Source: Octopus vulgaris
Taxonomy: Eukaryota
Reading direction: 5' to 3'
Assembly (NCBI GenBank): GCA_951406725.2
Contig: OX597816.1
Span: forward strand, 78,368,001 to 78,432,000
DNA length: 64,000 nt
Numbering within the stretch: the stretch's first letter is position 1; the number at the start of each line of letters is the position of its first letter. The position numbers and the translations under genes were made by a program. Positions 26,400-40,387 of this stretch are shown in pieces. Below the pieces are notes generated by a model. The model ran no database searches. It had not been told where the DNA came from and was given only the letters and a program-made list of their open reading frames with translations.

Positions 26400-26700
26400 G
26401 TTGATGAGGTTATAATAATTTCTTAGTTTTAGTTCTTCCTGTACAGTTGGCCAGTACATTGGGCAGTAAGACATCTCCAATAATTCTGGTTTTGAGCATA
26501 GTCCTCTGCATCTTTCCAGATAATGCTAAGTTACTTCAGGTCTTCATTGAAGGTAGTACACCATGTCATTTTGGATCTCTCTTTGACCCTCTGGTGGTTC
26601 CCATTGCATAGCTGTCTTGTGTATTTGTCCTTCTGGCAGTTGGAAAACATGACCTGCAAGTCTCACTCTTCTTTCTGTAACAATCTCTGCTACTGCCTGT
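26400..26700 (-). mobile_element. RTE-like LINE 3' fragment, degenerate
   Basis: The minus strand shows an RVKERSKMTW (GRPKxTW-like) C-terminal segment. Confidence 0.4.
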
Positions 26701-27327
26701 TCCAAGACTGGATGCGAAAGGAGGAGGAGGATCAGCTAGCAACCTGTGACCAGAACCACCAAGTAAGGAAAACACACTTGTGGGTAAAACTGCAATTGCT
26801 ACGGAAATAACAAGAAATCTTATTAATTGAGCTGGTGGAGTAGTTACAGCATTGGACAAAGTACTTTACAGTATTTCTCTCCCCGTTTTACATTCTTAAA
26901 TTAAATCCTGCTAAGTTCAACTTCACCTTTCATTAAGATTGATTAAATGAAATACCAGTCAAATATTGAAGTTGATGTTATCATCTAGACCTTCCACATA
27001 AAATTGTTGGCCTTTCGCCAAAGTTTGAAACAACTGTTATTATCCAGTGAGCTTGTTAAAAAGGAAAATCAAAATCACATAATCTGGTGGTCTCAGAGCT
27101 GGTGGGTATTTATCTCCTTGCTGGCTATATAAACAAATTCTGTACCAAAAGCCTATATAAGAGTTTCTCTCATGGTATCTACTGCAGTAAAGTTTGTTCT
27201 AATAGGACATTCATGTTTAAGTGGGAATAAATATTACCTTTTGGTATATATTAGCCTCTGTTGCTAATATAAGTTTTCAAAAAATTATTATTGTTTTAGT
27301 TTTACTTTAATTCATACAAACTGAACC

Positions 27328-27384
<57 letters not shown>

Positions 27385-27650
27385 CCTCATTCTTTTAAGT
27401 CAGGCATTGTTGGAACTCCTGGAGTCTTGCATATGTAGTGAGCTTGCTACCAGCAGCCTACAGTACCATGCTATCCATTCTTTTCACCTATCTAATACTC
27501 TCCTGATGATTCTGGCTGTGCCAAAGAGGTAAAACTTTTGTAACAGTTCTACTGGGCACTCTATTCCAATTTTCTTCATATTCCTCTTGATGCCTTCTGA
27601 TACTTCCCCAATACCCAACAATAATTGGCGGCGTCAGAGGCAGCAGCACC
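27385..27650 (-). mobile_element. R4/Dong-type RLE element, 3' fragment
   Basis: Abuts (TAT)n at about 27330-27383. Has a PIIVG..G...LLQKFYLFGTARIIRRVL-type C-terminus, same family as 46200-47690. Confidence 0.75.
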
Positions 27651-28434
27651 ACCACCACTACTAAGTGATGTGGATGTTGTATACAACACTGCACATTTTA
27701 TAATTAATTGCATGTAGTGGTGTAGTTAAAGTTAAGGTTAACTTTTAAGTAAATGTTAGACTTGTGAGCTTTATGAAATCTTATGAGTATGATGATCCAG
27801 GACGAAGGTACATAACTCTATGTGCATGACTGATAAAAAGAGATTTCACTCACAGTTCATTGCTGAGAATCAAACTATCATAAATAACTGCTAAGGCAAT
27901 GATGATAACAATGAGACAACAAAAATCCTACTCTTTGCTAGCATTGAAAACATGTAAAATAGCTCCCCCACACCACTTCTCTCTCTCGTCCCCACACACA
28001 CACATCAGAAATTCAGCAATCTAGTGATTCAATTACTATAAACCTATAACCAACAAAAGTATTGTTCACAAACTGCATTATAAAATAAATAAATTAATTA
28101 CATTAAATATAATACAGTCAGAACTTTTCTAGACATCTAATATAATAATGAGCATAGTGTTTTGTTTGTTTGTTTGTGTGTGTGATTATTATGTACCTTA
28201 TTTGTGTATAAAATACTACAATTAGCTGTCATTATAGATAGCACATGGTCAGCTAGTTGTCTATTAAATTTCCAGATTGCAATGTCAGATGAAAGTAGAT
28301 TAGTGAGAAAGTATCAGGCTCTCTACAACAGTCAGTACTACAAGAGTTATTTCTTTACTAGTTTTGGATATTGGACTATTGTTATTGAGGCATATATTCA
28401 AAGATATAGTCAATTATATCATCTCCAGTACTTT

Positions 28435-28760
28435 ATTACCTCCACCTTAGCGAAGGCGGCGGTATTGTTTTCAGTCGTGTTTGTTTGTTTGTCTGTGGAC
28501 AAGATATCTCAAGAATCACTGGATGGATTCGGATGAAACTTTCAGGGATGTTTGGCCTCATGGCTGGGACAAACTGATTAGATTTGGGGATCGATATGGT
28601 ACAGGACAAGGATTCTGGATTACTTTTTCCAGTTTTACTTAATTTTTGAGAGCAGTCATGTTCATTTTTAGTATTCTCATTTATGAGAGCAATCGAGTTT
28701 ACTTTAGATATTCTCATTTTAAAAATCATTTCTAGCTAATTGTTGAGAGGATATGGCAAG
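28435..28760. mobile_element. Non-autonomous Helitron/Helentron-like repeat
   Basis: Starts attacctccaccttagcgaaggcggcggta (hairpin), then gtttgtttgtctgt and ggattcggatgaaacttt. Confidence 0.5.
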
Positions 28761-29059
28761 GGAAGAGGTGGAAAGAAAGAAGTTTACACATATTCTGTGG
28801 CATGACGTGTGAGGCTTCAGAATAATGAGACATAGAAGAAAGAATTGAGATGTTATTGGGAAGTGTGTATGGGGTGATAACAGCACACTTGTTCACATGC
28901 TATTGAAAAGAAAGTGTCATGGAAGTGCTACTTAGAAAGGTAGCTAAATGTGGAGAATGTATAGAAGTGAGAGCGAGAGAGAGAGAGTCTTTTCCTATGT
29001 TGGCTTAGCAGAGGAATCAGTCATTTAAGTTGACAGTAGTATGGTAAGATAGGACAATT

Positions 29060-30750
29060 AAGGATATAAAGGCAGGGAAAATAAGCTCATCATTACTGAG
29101 ATGCTTGAAATACCATGCGAAATAAGGTATGTATTAGTCATTTGAATTGTCAATCATGTAATACAAGAAGGCTTCATACCCAATAATTGGTACAGCACCA
29201 TTATTGTAAACCACTACAAAGGCAAAGGAGATGCACTAGAGAGAGAGTAAATAATAGAAGCAAGCTGTTGCACCAAGTTTATAATAATAATAATAATAAT
29301 GAAATTATTGTATACAGTGTTCAGGTGCACCACGACTTGTCAAAAGTGTGAATAAAGCATGTGCCTTAATGTACAAATGTCTGGGAAGTGAACAGTGTAT
29401 GAGTCAGATATATGCTTGCATGTGTATGGAGGGGAGAAAATCAGGTGTAGTGTTGGCGAATCTCAGGAAGCATGGAAGTTTTGAAGGATGCAGTGCTCCG
29501 ACAACTAACAACTGATGCTAGCAGTTTGTTCCATGCTTCAGCAACTCTTAGCATGAAAAAATGTTTCTGAAAGTCATGGGAGCTGTGCTGTTTTCTGACT
29601 TTGTAAACATGTTCACGGGTGTTAGACAGGTGGAGTTTGAAAAGGTGCTCAGAGTTATTGTTTGTAAGATGGTTAATAATTTTATGGATGTCTGCCAAGT
29701 CAGCTGCCAGACGTTGGAGTTTCAATGTATCTATGCCCAGAGAAGTAAGGCGTTCAGAATATGGCAAATGCCTGATGGAGGGTATTCTCTTGGTTGCACG
29801 TTATGATAGTTACAGAAAGAGTTACTGCAAAATTAAGAACAAGATTAACCTAGATATAGTGCAATATGGCTTTGTACCAGGAGTAGGAAGTAATGATATC
29901 ATCTTCATAATGAGATAACATCAAAAGAAATACTAAGTTAGAAGTAAGCCTCTATGCCCAGAATTCATAGATGTCAAGAAGGCTTTCATCAAGGTCCATC
30001 GCTCTGTCATTTGGTGGACACTAAAGAAGCTAGGGGTGGATGAAGTGCTAGTGGAGGCTGTACAGGCAAGGTTAACAGCAAATATAGCCTTCATATATGG
30101 TAGGGAAGCAGGAGTATTAAGAACAAAGAGTACTCACAAAAAAGATTCTCTCAGCTGCTCAGGAGGCTCCCTAAAAACAGTCAATAGATTTTGTTACCTA
30201 GGCAACCTAATTAGCAGCTGGGGTGGGTACTCTGAAAGCATGGTAGCCAGAGCAAGAACAAGATAGAAAAAGTACTGGCAACAAAGTGTATCACCCTCAG
30301 AGTGAGAATCAGATTGTGTGATTCCTTTGTGCAGAGTGTCATGCTATATAGTTGTGAGATCTGGGCCCTGAATGCGGAAGATTTGCTAAGGTTAGAAATA
30401 AATAGAGTATGCTTTGCTGTATGTGTAATGTCAATGTACATGAACATAATAATATAAATGAACTTTGTGAAAAGAAGTGTACAAGGGGAATCAGATGTTG
30501 TTTACAAGAGAGAAGACTATATTGGTATGGGCATGTGATGTATATGGAGGATGTCACTGGATAAAAATGTGCTATGTGCTCCAAGTAGATAATATCTGTG
30601 GAAGAAGACAGAAAGACAAGGAATAAAGCAGTGAAAACTGATTTCATGATGCTGAACCTCGCAAAAGAGATGACAAGTGACTGCAACAATTAATGACATG
30701 TTGTACTGATGAAAACCAGTTCATTCAAGAAAGCTTGACAGAGAGAATGC
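29060..30750 (+). mobile_element. Old RTE LINE, interrupted by a CR1 fragment
   Basis: Motifs QYGFVPGVGSNDIIF, DVKKAF and TVNRFCYLG. The PHD segment appears deleted. Confidence 0.75.
29281..29800 (-). mobile_element. CR1 LINE 3' fragment nested in the RTE
   Basis: PYSERLTSLGIDTLKLQRL..KHFFMLRVAEAWNKL with an (ATT)n tail, same family as 980-2430. Confidence 0.88.
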
Positions 30751-31864
30751 TACCAAGAAGAGAGTTAATGACTGGGATGCTTTCACTGCATTTACCTACT
30801 GATACCCTCAAGACCCTTCTTCTCACTATCCTCATTCCAGTGCCTCCCACCTGGGATACTTTCATTGTATTCATTTTATACTTTCCCACCTCAATGACTC
30901 CTCAAACCTTTCTTTCTCTATTCACCTTTATGACATGAGATGACACTGGATCCTCCTCATACAACCCACTTCATCACCCTTACTACTCTCTTCTCTTTCT
31001 CTCTCACAGATGTATCATAATCCCTTTCCCTTTCTCTTCCATATTATATCCCTAAACAGTATCTTCCTGTTACTCTTTCCACTACCATCCTTTCACAGCT
31101 ATAAATCTGTTCCTTTAATCAAATTTTCTTATTCTTCTTTCATTCATAGGGCTCTTTAACTTTATAAGTTACAAGGAAATTTTACCAATCACTCATGACA
31201 ACACACATACCGAACATAAACATATCACTAATTTCGCTACAACATAAAAATTCCATTAGTTGATGAAAATAACTTTTTTACAATTTGATGTTAACAATAT
31301 TTTAGTGGTCAAAGGGACGCAACTCAGTGTTAAATACTAAGTTACTGCCCCTCCCAGGTTTTTAAAAAAATAGGTCTCGTAGCCATTTGTAAACAAACCT
31401 GATGATTGTGGAGTTAGATGGTTATAGCTGGAACTAAGCTGCTATCTTGTTATCAGGATGAAACTTTAGGTAGTCTATTGTAAATAAGATACTGTATATA
31501 AAATATCAATGATTCTCAAATATAATGAATATTTTAATTTACTGATCCTTTCAACAAACGAACAGTATACTATCTAGTCTCCACACTTACTCTTCCGAAT
31601 TTGTCATCCCTGAACACTTGTTTACAATATCCACCCTCAACTGCTCATATCTAACCATCTTACTATCTCTCCTACACTTTTTGCAATCTCTACTCACACT
31701 CCCACTTTTCCTGTTTCCAATCACTTCTAATCACGTATCTTGAGAGTCCATTCTAATAATTTTTATCTCCTTCTAGTTTCACCCCGATCACCTATCTTGG
31801 GAGTCCATTCTACCTATTTTATCTCCCTCTAGTTTCACCCATCTTATTCCCCTGTTCGTTCTGT

Positions 31865-32170
31865 GGCGATAGGCCCCTCATCTGGGATGTCACATGCTTC
31901 TCCAGTGGCAACTTAGTGTGTACAGCTACCAACAAAGGCTCTGCTACTCGTCAAGTTAAGAAAAGCAAATTGTCAAGGTATTGGTTGGTCTCTGATAGGT
32001 TCATAGCCGAACCTGTGGCAGTGGAGACCTTTGGCTTTCTTGGCCCCCGGACCATATCCCTACTCATCGCTATCGGGGTGGAGATGGCTGTCCGCAAGTG
32101 CGACCCCCGTGCGTCAGAGTGGCTGTTCCAGCGCATCTCCGTCGCAATGCCTATTCCATTGTTTGACTTA
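31865..32170 (+). mobile_element. CRE-clade non-LTR retrotransposon, RLE C-terminal fragment
   Basis: PLIWDVTC...EPVAVETFGFLG...DPRASEWLFQRISVA, typical of the CRE RLE domain. Confidence 0.75.
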
Positions 32171-32451
32171 CAGGAAATTGTATCTTCCACTCCTTGAAGT
32201 CTACTCTAAATTTAGCAATTATATGTCCTAGTGGGTCCTAGTCTTGTAGGCTGTATGGTGACCTCACTAGTGATTGTGCAGGACACTCAGTAAAGTGGTT
32301 GGCTTTAGGAAGAACGTCCAGTCATGGAAACCGTGCCAAAGCAGACATTGGTGCTCTTTGCAGCCTTTAAGACCCATAAAATGCTATCAAACCATCTAAC
32401 CCATGACAGTAAAGAACATGGACATTAAATTATGATGATGATGGTAGGTGT

Positions 32452-32522
<71 letters not shown>

Positions 32523-33413
32523 ATACATTTGCTCTCAAGTTTGCCACAGACACGGACTTTCCACATGTATGCTCAGAAGATGAGTTACTACAAACTCTGA
32601 GTAAGAATGACAATTAGTTTTATTTTTACAATAAAAGATAGATCAAGTAACATGACGATAGTTTTAGTTTTTGAATTTTGAAATTAACAGTAATCATTTT
32701 ATCATCTTGAAATGTAATACATTTATGTAACTATGATAAATTCTGCTCTATACTCCCAGTCATTCTTTATTTTGAACTTAGCAACCAAAGAGCTCTGTTT
32801 CTCCGTATATATCCTCCTCTTCATCATCTTAAAGTCCACTTTTCCATGCTTGCATGGGTTGGATGGAATTTGAGAAAGATTTTCTATGGATTGATGCCCT
32901 TCCTATCACCAACACTCACTTGCTTCCAAACAAGGTTATGTTTTCACATGGTCAGATATATTTCCTCAGGATATCGGAACATGAATGACATTTGTTTACA
33001 TTACACAATGTCAAGACAAGGACACACACACACACACGCACACATTCATTTTGCATCCATAAGCTGTTGTTCTACATTAGAGTGTTCTTCGTGTCAGTAA
33101 CTTCTTGTTTTTCAAGTTAGAACTCTTTTATTTCACACATGTGTGAAGGTGCTAAGCAAGTAGGCATAATTTGTTGACAGGAAAAGTTACTATAAAACAG
33201 TTCACAGTGAGCAACTTTTGTAGAACCTATGCATGCATAGGATCTATATATATGCCTGGCATGCATACTTACATACAAACACACACACACACACAATACT
33301 CACACCCATATACAAGGATTGTTCTGAAAGTAATGCAAAAGTGGACGTAACTTTTTTATTAACAGGCAAATTATTCAAATTGCACATGTAGGTAGAGTAA
33401 CTCTTCTTCTAAT

Positions 33414-33933
33414 CAGTGTTTCTCAACCACTTTGTTCCTATGGACTCCTCTGATTCCTATTTCACTTTGGGTGGACCCCGATAGCCATTTGATGTCTAAA
33501 AAAATCCTATTGTATTTTTACAATTGAATATTATTAAGTATTTCATTAAACAGTTATTAAAATACTTTGTGTATTGTAGAAATATAACTATTGTATGGGG
33601 AAACTGTACACCCCCGTGATTTGTTAACTGAACTATACTAGTTAGTATAAATGAGCATGTGCCGAACAGTCTAAGAAGAGTGTCATATGTGCAGTCATAG
33701 TGCACAGGTCGTAGGAATTATTGAATAGAGATATTGTGGAGTGCTTGTTGAAGGTACACAGTTGGAGAGTAATAAGAGAACCTCAGAAACGTTTGATATT
33801 ATAACAGTCCAGATATAACAGTACAACAAGAAGTCATATGACATATCAATAATCAATTTATTGCACATAAATTTTAGTGGCAAAATCTTGTATGGACCCC
33901 AAGGGTCATATGGACTCTAGTTCAGAACTGCTG
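33414..33933. mobile_element. hAT-Charlie-like MITE inside a mariner remnant (about 33310-34250)
   Basis: Termini cagtgtttctcaacc ... gttcagaactgctg with subterminal ggacccc motifs. Confidence 0.6.
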
Positions 33934-34435
33934 CTCTCTATAAAAACAATACTGAACATAGTTTCCATCACAAGTGATGCATTTGTGCTATCACTGAACC
34001 TAACACTCATTGAAAAAATTCCCCTTTGAAAGAATTCAGGTGTACTTGCTTCTTCACAGCCACTTTCATCTTGTTCTATACTGGACTAAACAGGTGGAAT
34101 TTGAAGGGGATCAGATCCAAGGTGTATGAGGAAATGAAGGACTACTGACCAGCCCAATTTACCAATTGCTTGATTTGATACCAAAGATGTGTGCAAATTT
34201 AAATGACCTATTATGCTCACCCTCGTACTACTATTGGGGTAACCTTTGTGTGTGTGTGCGTGTGCGCATGCACGTGTGTATATTTCTATTCAGTAAATTC
34301 ACTGCCAAGGCTTTGCTTGGTCTGAGGCTACAGTAGAAGACACTTACTCAAGACTGTGAGGCTGAACCCAAAACTCTTTGGTCGTGAAACAAATTTTGTA
34401 ACTATACAACCATGCTTTTGTACACACGCACACAT

Positions 34436-34491
<56 letters not shown>

Positions 34492-34588
34492 CATAAATGA
34501 TCTTGACAAGCTTATCGCTGACACTTAGTCATATCTTTGCAGTTTTGGAAAAAAAAAAAGAAAGAAGTTAATGTTAGTTTCAACCAAC

Positions 34589-34680
34589 CTGGAGCTTTTG
34601 CAAATGTTCTTTGCATCTTTCTTCTACTGTGTCAAGCTTTTCATCCATCTCATGGAGAATCTGTTGCAACACTGAAACAG
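34589..34680 (-). CDS. USP gene internal exon 'E3': xVSVLQQILHEMDEKLDTVEERCKEHLQKLQ
   Basis: Minus strand reads tttctctctccttctaccggtaattgtAG | 92 nt | GTTGGT, phase 1 in and phase 0 out. It encodes the long charged helix typical of USPs and joins in frame to the last exon. Confidence 0.82.
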
Positions 34681-35905
34681 CTACAATTACCGGTAGAAGG
34701 AGAGAGAAATAAATTTAACAATCAATAATACATCAATAGTTTTCTGTGTCTGTTACATTTCTTAAAAGTTGCATGTCTACACGTATTAGTAATACTAATG
34801 CATACAAATAAATATGTCTGCAATGATAAACACAGAGGAACAACTGTCATGCTCTGAACGAATCCATCACTAGAATCTATGTGCACACATAAATAAAAAC
34901 AGACTCTAAATAGAGTAGATCATGTCTATGTTGTCAAAACACATCACATGTTGGAATATGCAATAAGGTTTTCAGCTACATAAAAGTACATCATGCCTGA
35001 AACAAGCTATTTAACTGCCATGGGCTTACTCAATTAGAAATGACCGGTAGCTGTACAATAACATCATCGTCATCATCGTTTAACGTCTGCTTTCCATGCT
35101 AGCATGGGTTGGACGATTTGACTGAGGTCTGGTGAACCAGATGGCTGCACCAGACTCCAATCTGATCTGGCAGAGTTTCTACAGCTGGATGCCCTTCTTA
35201 ACGCCAACCACTCTGTGAGTGTAGTGGATGCTTTTACGTGTCACTGGCACGAGGGCCAGTCAGGTGGTACTGGCAACGACCATGCTCAAATGGTGCTTTT
35301 TATGTGCCACCTGCACAGGAGCCAGTCCAGCAGCACTGGCAACGACCTTGCTTGAATGTTTTTAACAACCAAATACAGTTGAGGAATAAAATATTAGGAA
35401 GGAAATTAAGTAAATGGTTAATTCCTTCAGAAAATGCTAGATTTAATCCTTTCCCAAATCACAAGATTTCACAAGTTTGGTATGATGTTTATTTTTGCAG
35501 TTTTTGAAGCTTCCGGTGGATGAGAAATAAACTATTATGCTGTACCATTTTAAATAAGGATGGATATGTTGGAGAGAGTAGTCATATATACACCAAGTCA
35601 GAAAAAAAGACAGATGGTCACGACTGGAACACTTTTGATCATATATCTGCTTGATGAAGGGACCACAAACCACAGCTAATGAAAAACTATCATTGCAGCT
35701 ACCAATATTGTTTACATCATTACCATAGTAACCAAATCTCCACAGAAAGGTCAATAAGCACACAATTGTTTACATTTGTTGCAGTGTGTTCACTGGACAT
35801 TAAGAATTTATAAAAAAAACCCAAAAAAACTGACAGTAAAGTTACGAACAAGATATACTTTGTGATCTCTCTCTCTCTCTCACACACGCGTACACATCAT
35901 ATATA

Positions 35906-36422
35906 TACCGTAAATCCTCAAGTATAATCCGCCATTGAGTATAATATGCAGGGGATTTTTAGGGGGCTGTACCTCTGAAAAACCTAAACATTGCGTATAA
36001 TACACACCCCTTCTCTAACTTGAGTCAAGGAAGTCTATATAACGTCCTTGGTTTATAAAAATGCATACAGTAACGTCCTATATTATTATTGTATATATAA
36101 CATAATGCAAATGTGTAGCTTTTTTGTGCATTTTGTTTGCAGAAAATAAAGAAATAATAGTAATAACGTTTAGTAAATGTTGCTTACTGCAAGTTATGGA
36201 TGATTCTATTATGACTTCATTGCTTTCAGGCTTAGCTTAAGGTATTTTTGTGCCTGACATAACAAAATGAGTCTGAATAAACATTGCCAAACAGCAAATA
36301 GAGACTCAGACATTGCTTAGGGAAATATTTTTCATTTTTAATCTCGTATATAGTACGCACTAGGGATTTTAACATTTAAATTTTGGGAAAAAAATGCAGA
36401 TTAAACTCGAGGATTTACGGTA
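35906..36422. mobile_element. Tc1/mariner (pogo/Tc2-like) MITE
   Basis: TA-ccgtaaatcctcaagtataatccgc ... gcagattaaactcgaggatttacgg-TA. Confidence 0.85.
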
Positions 36423-36429
36423 TATATCT

Positions 36430-36800
36430 TTTTATCATTCATCGGTTTCAGTTGTGAGGCTGTGACCATACTTAAGCTTTTAGTTAAATGAATCAACCCC
36501 AGTACTTATTTTTTTAAACTTATTCTGTTGGTTTCTTTTTACCAAATTGTTAAGTTACAGGGATGCAAACAAACCAACACTTGTTGTCAAGTGATGATGA
36601 AGGACAGACACAATCACAAAGACATACACATACACACACATGACAGCCTTCTATCAGTTTCTGTCTACCAAATTCACTCACAAGGCTTTAGTCAACTGAG
36701 GCTATTGTAGAAGGCACTTGTCCAAGGTGTTGTGCAGTGGGACTGGACCCAGAACCCTGTGGTTAGGAAGCGAGCTTCTTATCACACAGCCATACCTGCG
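36430..36800 (-). mobile_element. CORE-like SINE, degenerate
   Basis: Same family as 45687-46110. Confidence 0.7.
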
Positions 36801-37429
36801 ATATATATACTTAAAATACTTGATACAGTCTCAATATTTGAATAAAGATTTTCTTAAAAATTATCTAATTTTTCTTTTTGAAGAAAATCTTAGAAAAACA
36901 AAATGACATGGACATTTTGCAAGGAAGTTTTCATATGGTGTGTGAAAGTGTTTTTGTTGTTAAAATTTTCAAATACATATATCATGGGGATTACCTTATA
37001 ACATTTATGTTTGAAAAACTGATACAAACCCAAAAGTTTGTATCATTCTGTCTTTCTAAGATTTTTATAAATAGCTAATAATTTAAAGAAAATCTTTCTT
37101 CAAATGTATGTATGTATGTATGTATGCATGTATGTATCTATGTATGTATGTATGTATGTATGTATGTGTGTGTGTGTATGTGTGTATGTGTGTGTGTATG
37201 TATGTATGTATGTATGTATGTATGTATGTATGTATGTGTGTGTGTGTGTGTGTGTGTGTATGTATGCATGCATGCATGTATACATACATAGTTGTAATAA
37301 TGAAGTCAAACCAAATAATGATATTTTTTAAAATCATTAGTAGATCTGACATCAAAGGCAGACCATAGGAAGAGAAGGGGTAAAGAAATAATAAGTAGAG
37401 AAGAAATAAAGAGGGATATATTGGTTGAA

Positions 37430-38040
37430 AAAATGTTCAAAGGCTTGGAAGTAGATTTCTCTATTGAAATAAAGTGCAAGGTGAACTAAATGTTCAAACT
37501 ATACAGACTGGTATAAATCACTTATACAAGCTAAAGGTATGTTTCTGCCAGTGCTTACATTTGTAAGATCACTCTATAAGTGTGTTAACAAGGTGATTCT
37601 TAGAGAGGAGTATATGGAAGCGTTCAGAGTTGCAAATGATACAAAATCCTTTGACCTTGTCATAAGGGAAAGAGATGGACAAGAATAACCAATCTAACTT
37701 AAAATCCTTATTGTTGTCTTTAAGATACCAAACCAATTTACTTATCCCTGTACTTTTACGTTTACTGCTCTCCCTAAATGAAGAATTATGATTGGAAATT
37801 CTCTGAGATAACTGGGAAGAGGAAACGCCAATATAGAAATAGTCATCAGTACTGGAAGTAACCTTACATTGGTATATAGATTTCTTAATCTTAGAATTAT
37901 TAGACATAAATTTAATTCTGTTGGGGTTGTCCTCAGAGACCAAAACTATGTTGTTATTACTATTACTATTACTAGATGTCACTAAATTTATTTCTGTACC
38001 AGATATCACCAAACAGCATGTATATCTATAAGATGTCAAC
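37430..38040 (-). mobile_element. Penelope-like GIY-YIG endonuclease fragment
   Basis: SIYQCKVTSSTDDYFYIGVS...RISNHNSSF...STGISKLVWYLK...CIICNSERFHIL. Confidence 0.8.
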
Positions 38041-39889
38041 AACTCTGATAATAACAGCAGTAATACTCTGTGGCTACTACAGTTGATACTAAGAGTTTTC
38101 TCACAATAATTGGCTTCATATCGAGTAGAGAGAAATCAATATTTTCCCAGCAATTATTTTATCAAGACAAACTAAAGCTACAATATTATTGATTTATTTC
38201 CAAACCTCTGCCTATCTATCTGTCTGTATGTTTGTCTCTATCTCTCTCTTTCTCACTCTCTTTCTCATTATTTCTCACACGTCTCTCTCTCTCTCCATCT
38301 CTCACACTGTCTCTCCCTCCCCTTCCTCGCTCTCTCTCTCTCCCTCTCAACCTATCTTCATTTATTTGCCTGCCTGCCTGCCTCTCTCTCTCTTTATAAT
38401 CAGTGGCTAATATACAGTTTCAGCTCCTACATGAATACTGAAACATCAAAAATTCCACATTAGTTATGTAAAGAAAATGGCATTTCATTATTCTTGTTGT
38501 TGAGCAACCCTGGCCTGTTGCAGAGGTAGTCTACACACATCTTCTGCCTCAGGATATTTTCATCTTCAGTCAGTTTAAGGATTATGTTTAATAGCACTGG
38601 CTCTGAACTTGGGGAATTGGGACTACAAGTTAACAACCTGTAATATCTTTGAACAATGCAGTTCAAAGTAGCTAATGTACAGACGAGATTGCAATATCAT
38701 GTTTCATGTAATGTTATTTAATTCTAGAATGACCAAACATTACATATATGTACCATATGCTGTTTGTTTTAATAAGAATCCACTCTACAGTATGTACAAG
38801 GCCTGAAATTTTTTGGTGGGTGGGGTCCGGTTAATTACATCAACTCCCGGTGCTTAAATAATACTTATTCTATTGACTCTGAAAGGATGAAGAGTGAAGC
38901 TAACCTCAGCAGTATTTGAACTCAGAATGTGATGACAGATGAAATACTGCTAAACACTTTGTCCAACATGCTAACAATTCTGCCAGCTTGCTGCCTATCA
39001 GGCTGTAAATAACACATTTAGTTTTTGTTGTTGATAAAGCAAAGGCAGAGATGCATGCAATCTTTGATCCAATGATGTCATTCACCGCTTGAAGTGTGCT
39101 TGCATAAATTTGAAGTGGGAGAATTTTCCCCTGGGACTATCTTTGCAGTGGAAGGTTTTCTCACATCCAAATGCATTTGAACATGTTAAATACAACTTTA
39201 CATGAATATATTTTATTTAATGCTGCTTCATGCAACATTATCTATCTAATTCTAGCTTGCTCAAACTTCACAGATATGAGCAGATGTACTGCATGCTATT
39301 TTGATATATATAATTTCATTCTTATCCAGCTGTGAATTTAGTGTTCATTGCTGATGAAGCAATGGCACAGAATATGTCTCCACACATTTGGAGGAGACAT
39401 TTCTCTTGGGATTATATCTACAGTGGAAGGTCATTTCATGTCTGAATGCCCTCAAATGTTTTAAGGCTTTACACAAATGAATAAATATATAGATAAGTGT
39501 ACACAGGGTAAAGGAAGTCAAATTCCCTAGGGTCATACTGAAACAAGAACAACAGTGACAACAACAATAGCTACTATAACCAGAAACTATTGAAAAACTA
39601 CAGCAAATAAATATGTTAATATATCTATCTGTCTGTCTGTCTATCTCTCACTGTCTGTCTCTATTAATATAAGTGTGTGTGTGTGTGTGTAATGTTATTA
39701 GTGTTATGTGCTAGATAAAATGCTTAGTGGCATTATTTTTGTTTTCTGAGCTCAAATTCCCCTGAGGTTGACTTTGCCTTTTATCCTTTTCAGAAAAATC
39801 AAATAAGTACCAGTTGAGTATTGGAATCAATGCAATTGACTAGAATCCCTCATCTCAGAATTTCAGGCTTTGTGCCTATAGTAGAAAGG

Positions 39890-39939
<50 letters not shown>

Positions 39940-40153
39940 GATAGTGAGTTGGCAAAATTGTTAGTACATTGGACAAAATGCTTAGAGGCATTTCTTTCAG
40001 TTTATTACATTCTGAGCACAAATTCTGCCAAGGTTTATTTTGCCTTTCATTCTTTTGGAGTTGAATAAATAAGTACCTGCAAAACACCGGGGATCAATGT
40101 AATTGACTTAACCCCTCCCCCAAAATGGCTGCCATTGTGGAAAAGTTTGAAAC

Positions 40154-40194
<41 letters not shown>

Positions 40195-40387
40195 TATGTT
40201 TGACTTTTGCTTTATGTCTGTAAAAAGTTGGCTCCAAGTCTCACCCAGAGACCTCAAGAGACAACAGGTTGGAAGTTCATGTTGCTGTTATGCCTAGTGT
40301 GCCATATTTGTTTTTTTGGTGTTGTACTAGTGAATGTCTAATACATAAATTTAAAAAAAAAAAAAAAGTTTGTTTTAAACCTTGGGA

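Noticed and set aside
32520-32608. Exon-like stretch on either strand (YTFALKFATDTDFPHVCSEDELLQTL / VCSNSSSEHTCGK)
   Set aside because: No polypyrimidine acceptor on plus, and on minus the phase is incompatible with USP E3 (phase 0 gives a stop) and the donor is weak.
38460-38640. Minus-strand 68-aa ORF with an AG acceptor
   Set aside because: Weak pyrimidine tract, no motif, and the open frame is phase-incompatible with the USP exons.
39345-39538. Minus-strand acceptor (gttcttgtttcAG) inside the USP intron
   Set aside because: Phase 1, which the upstream USP donors require, gives an immediate stop. The other frames show no recognisable homology and no clear donor.
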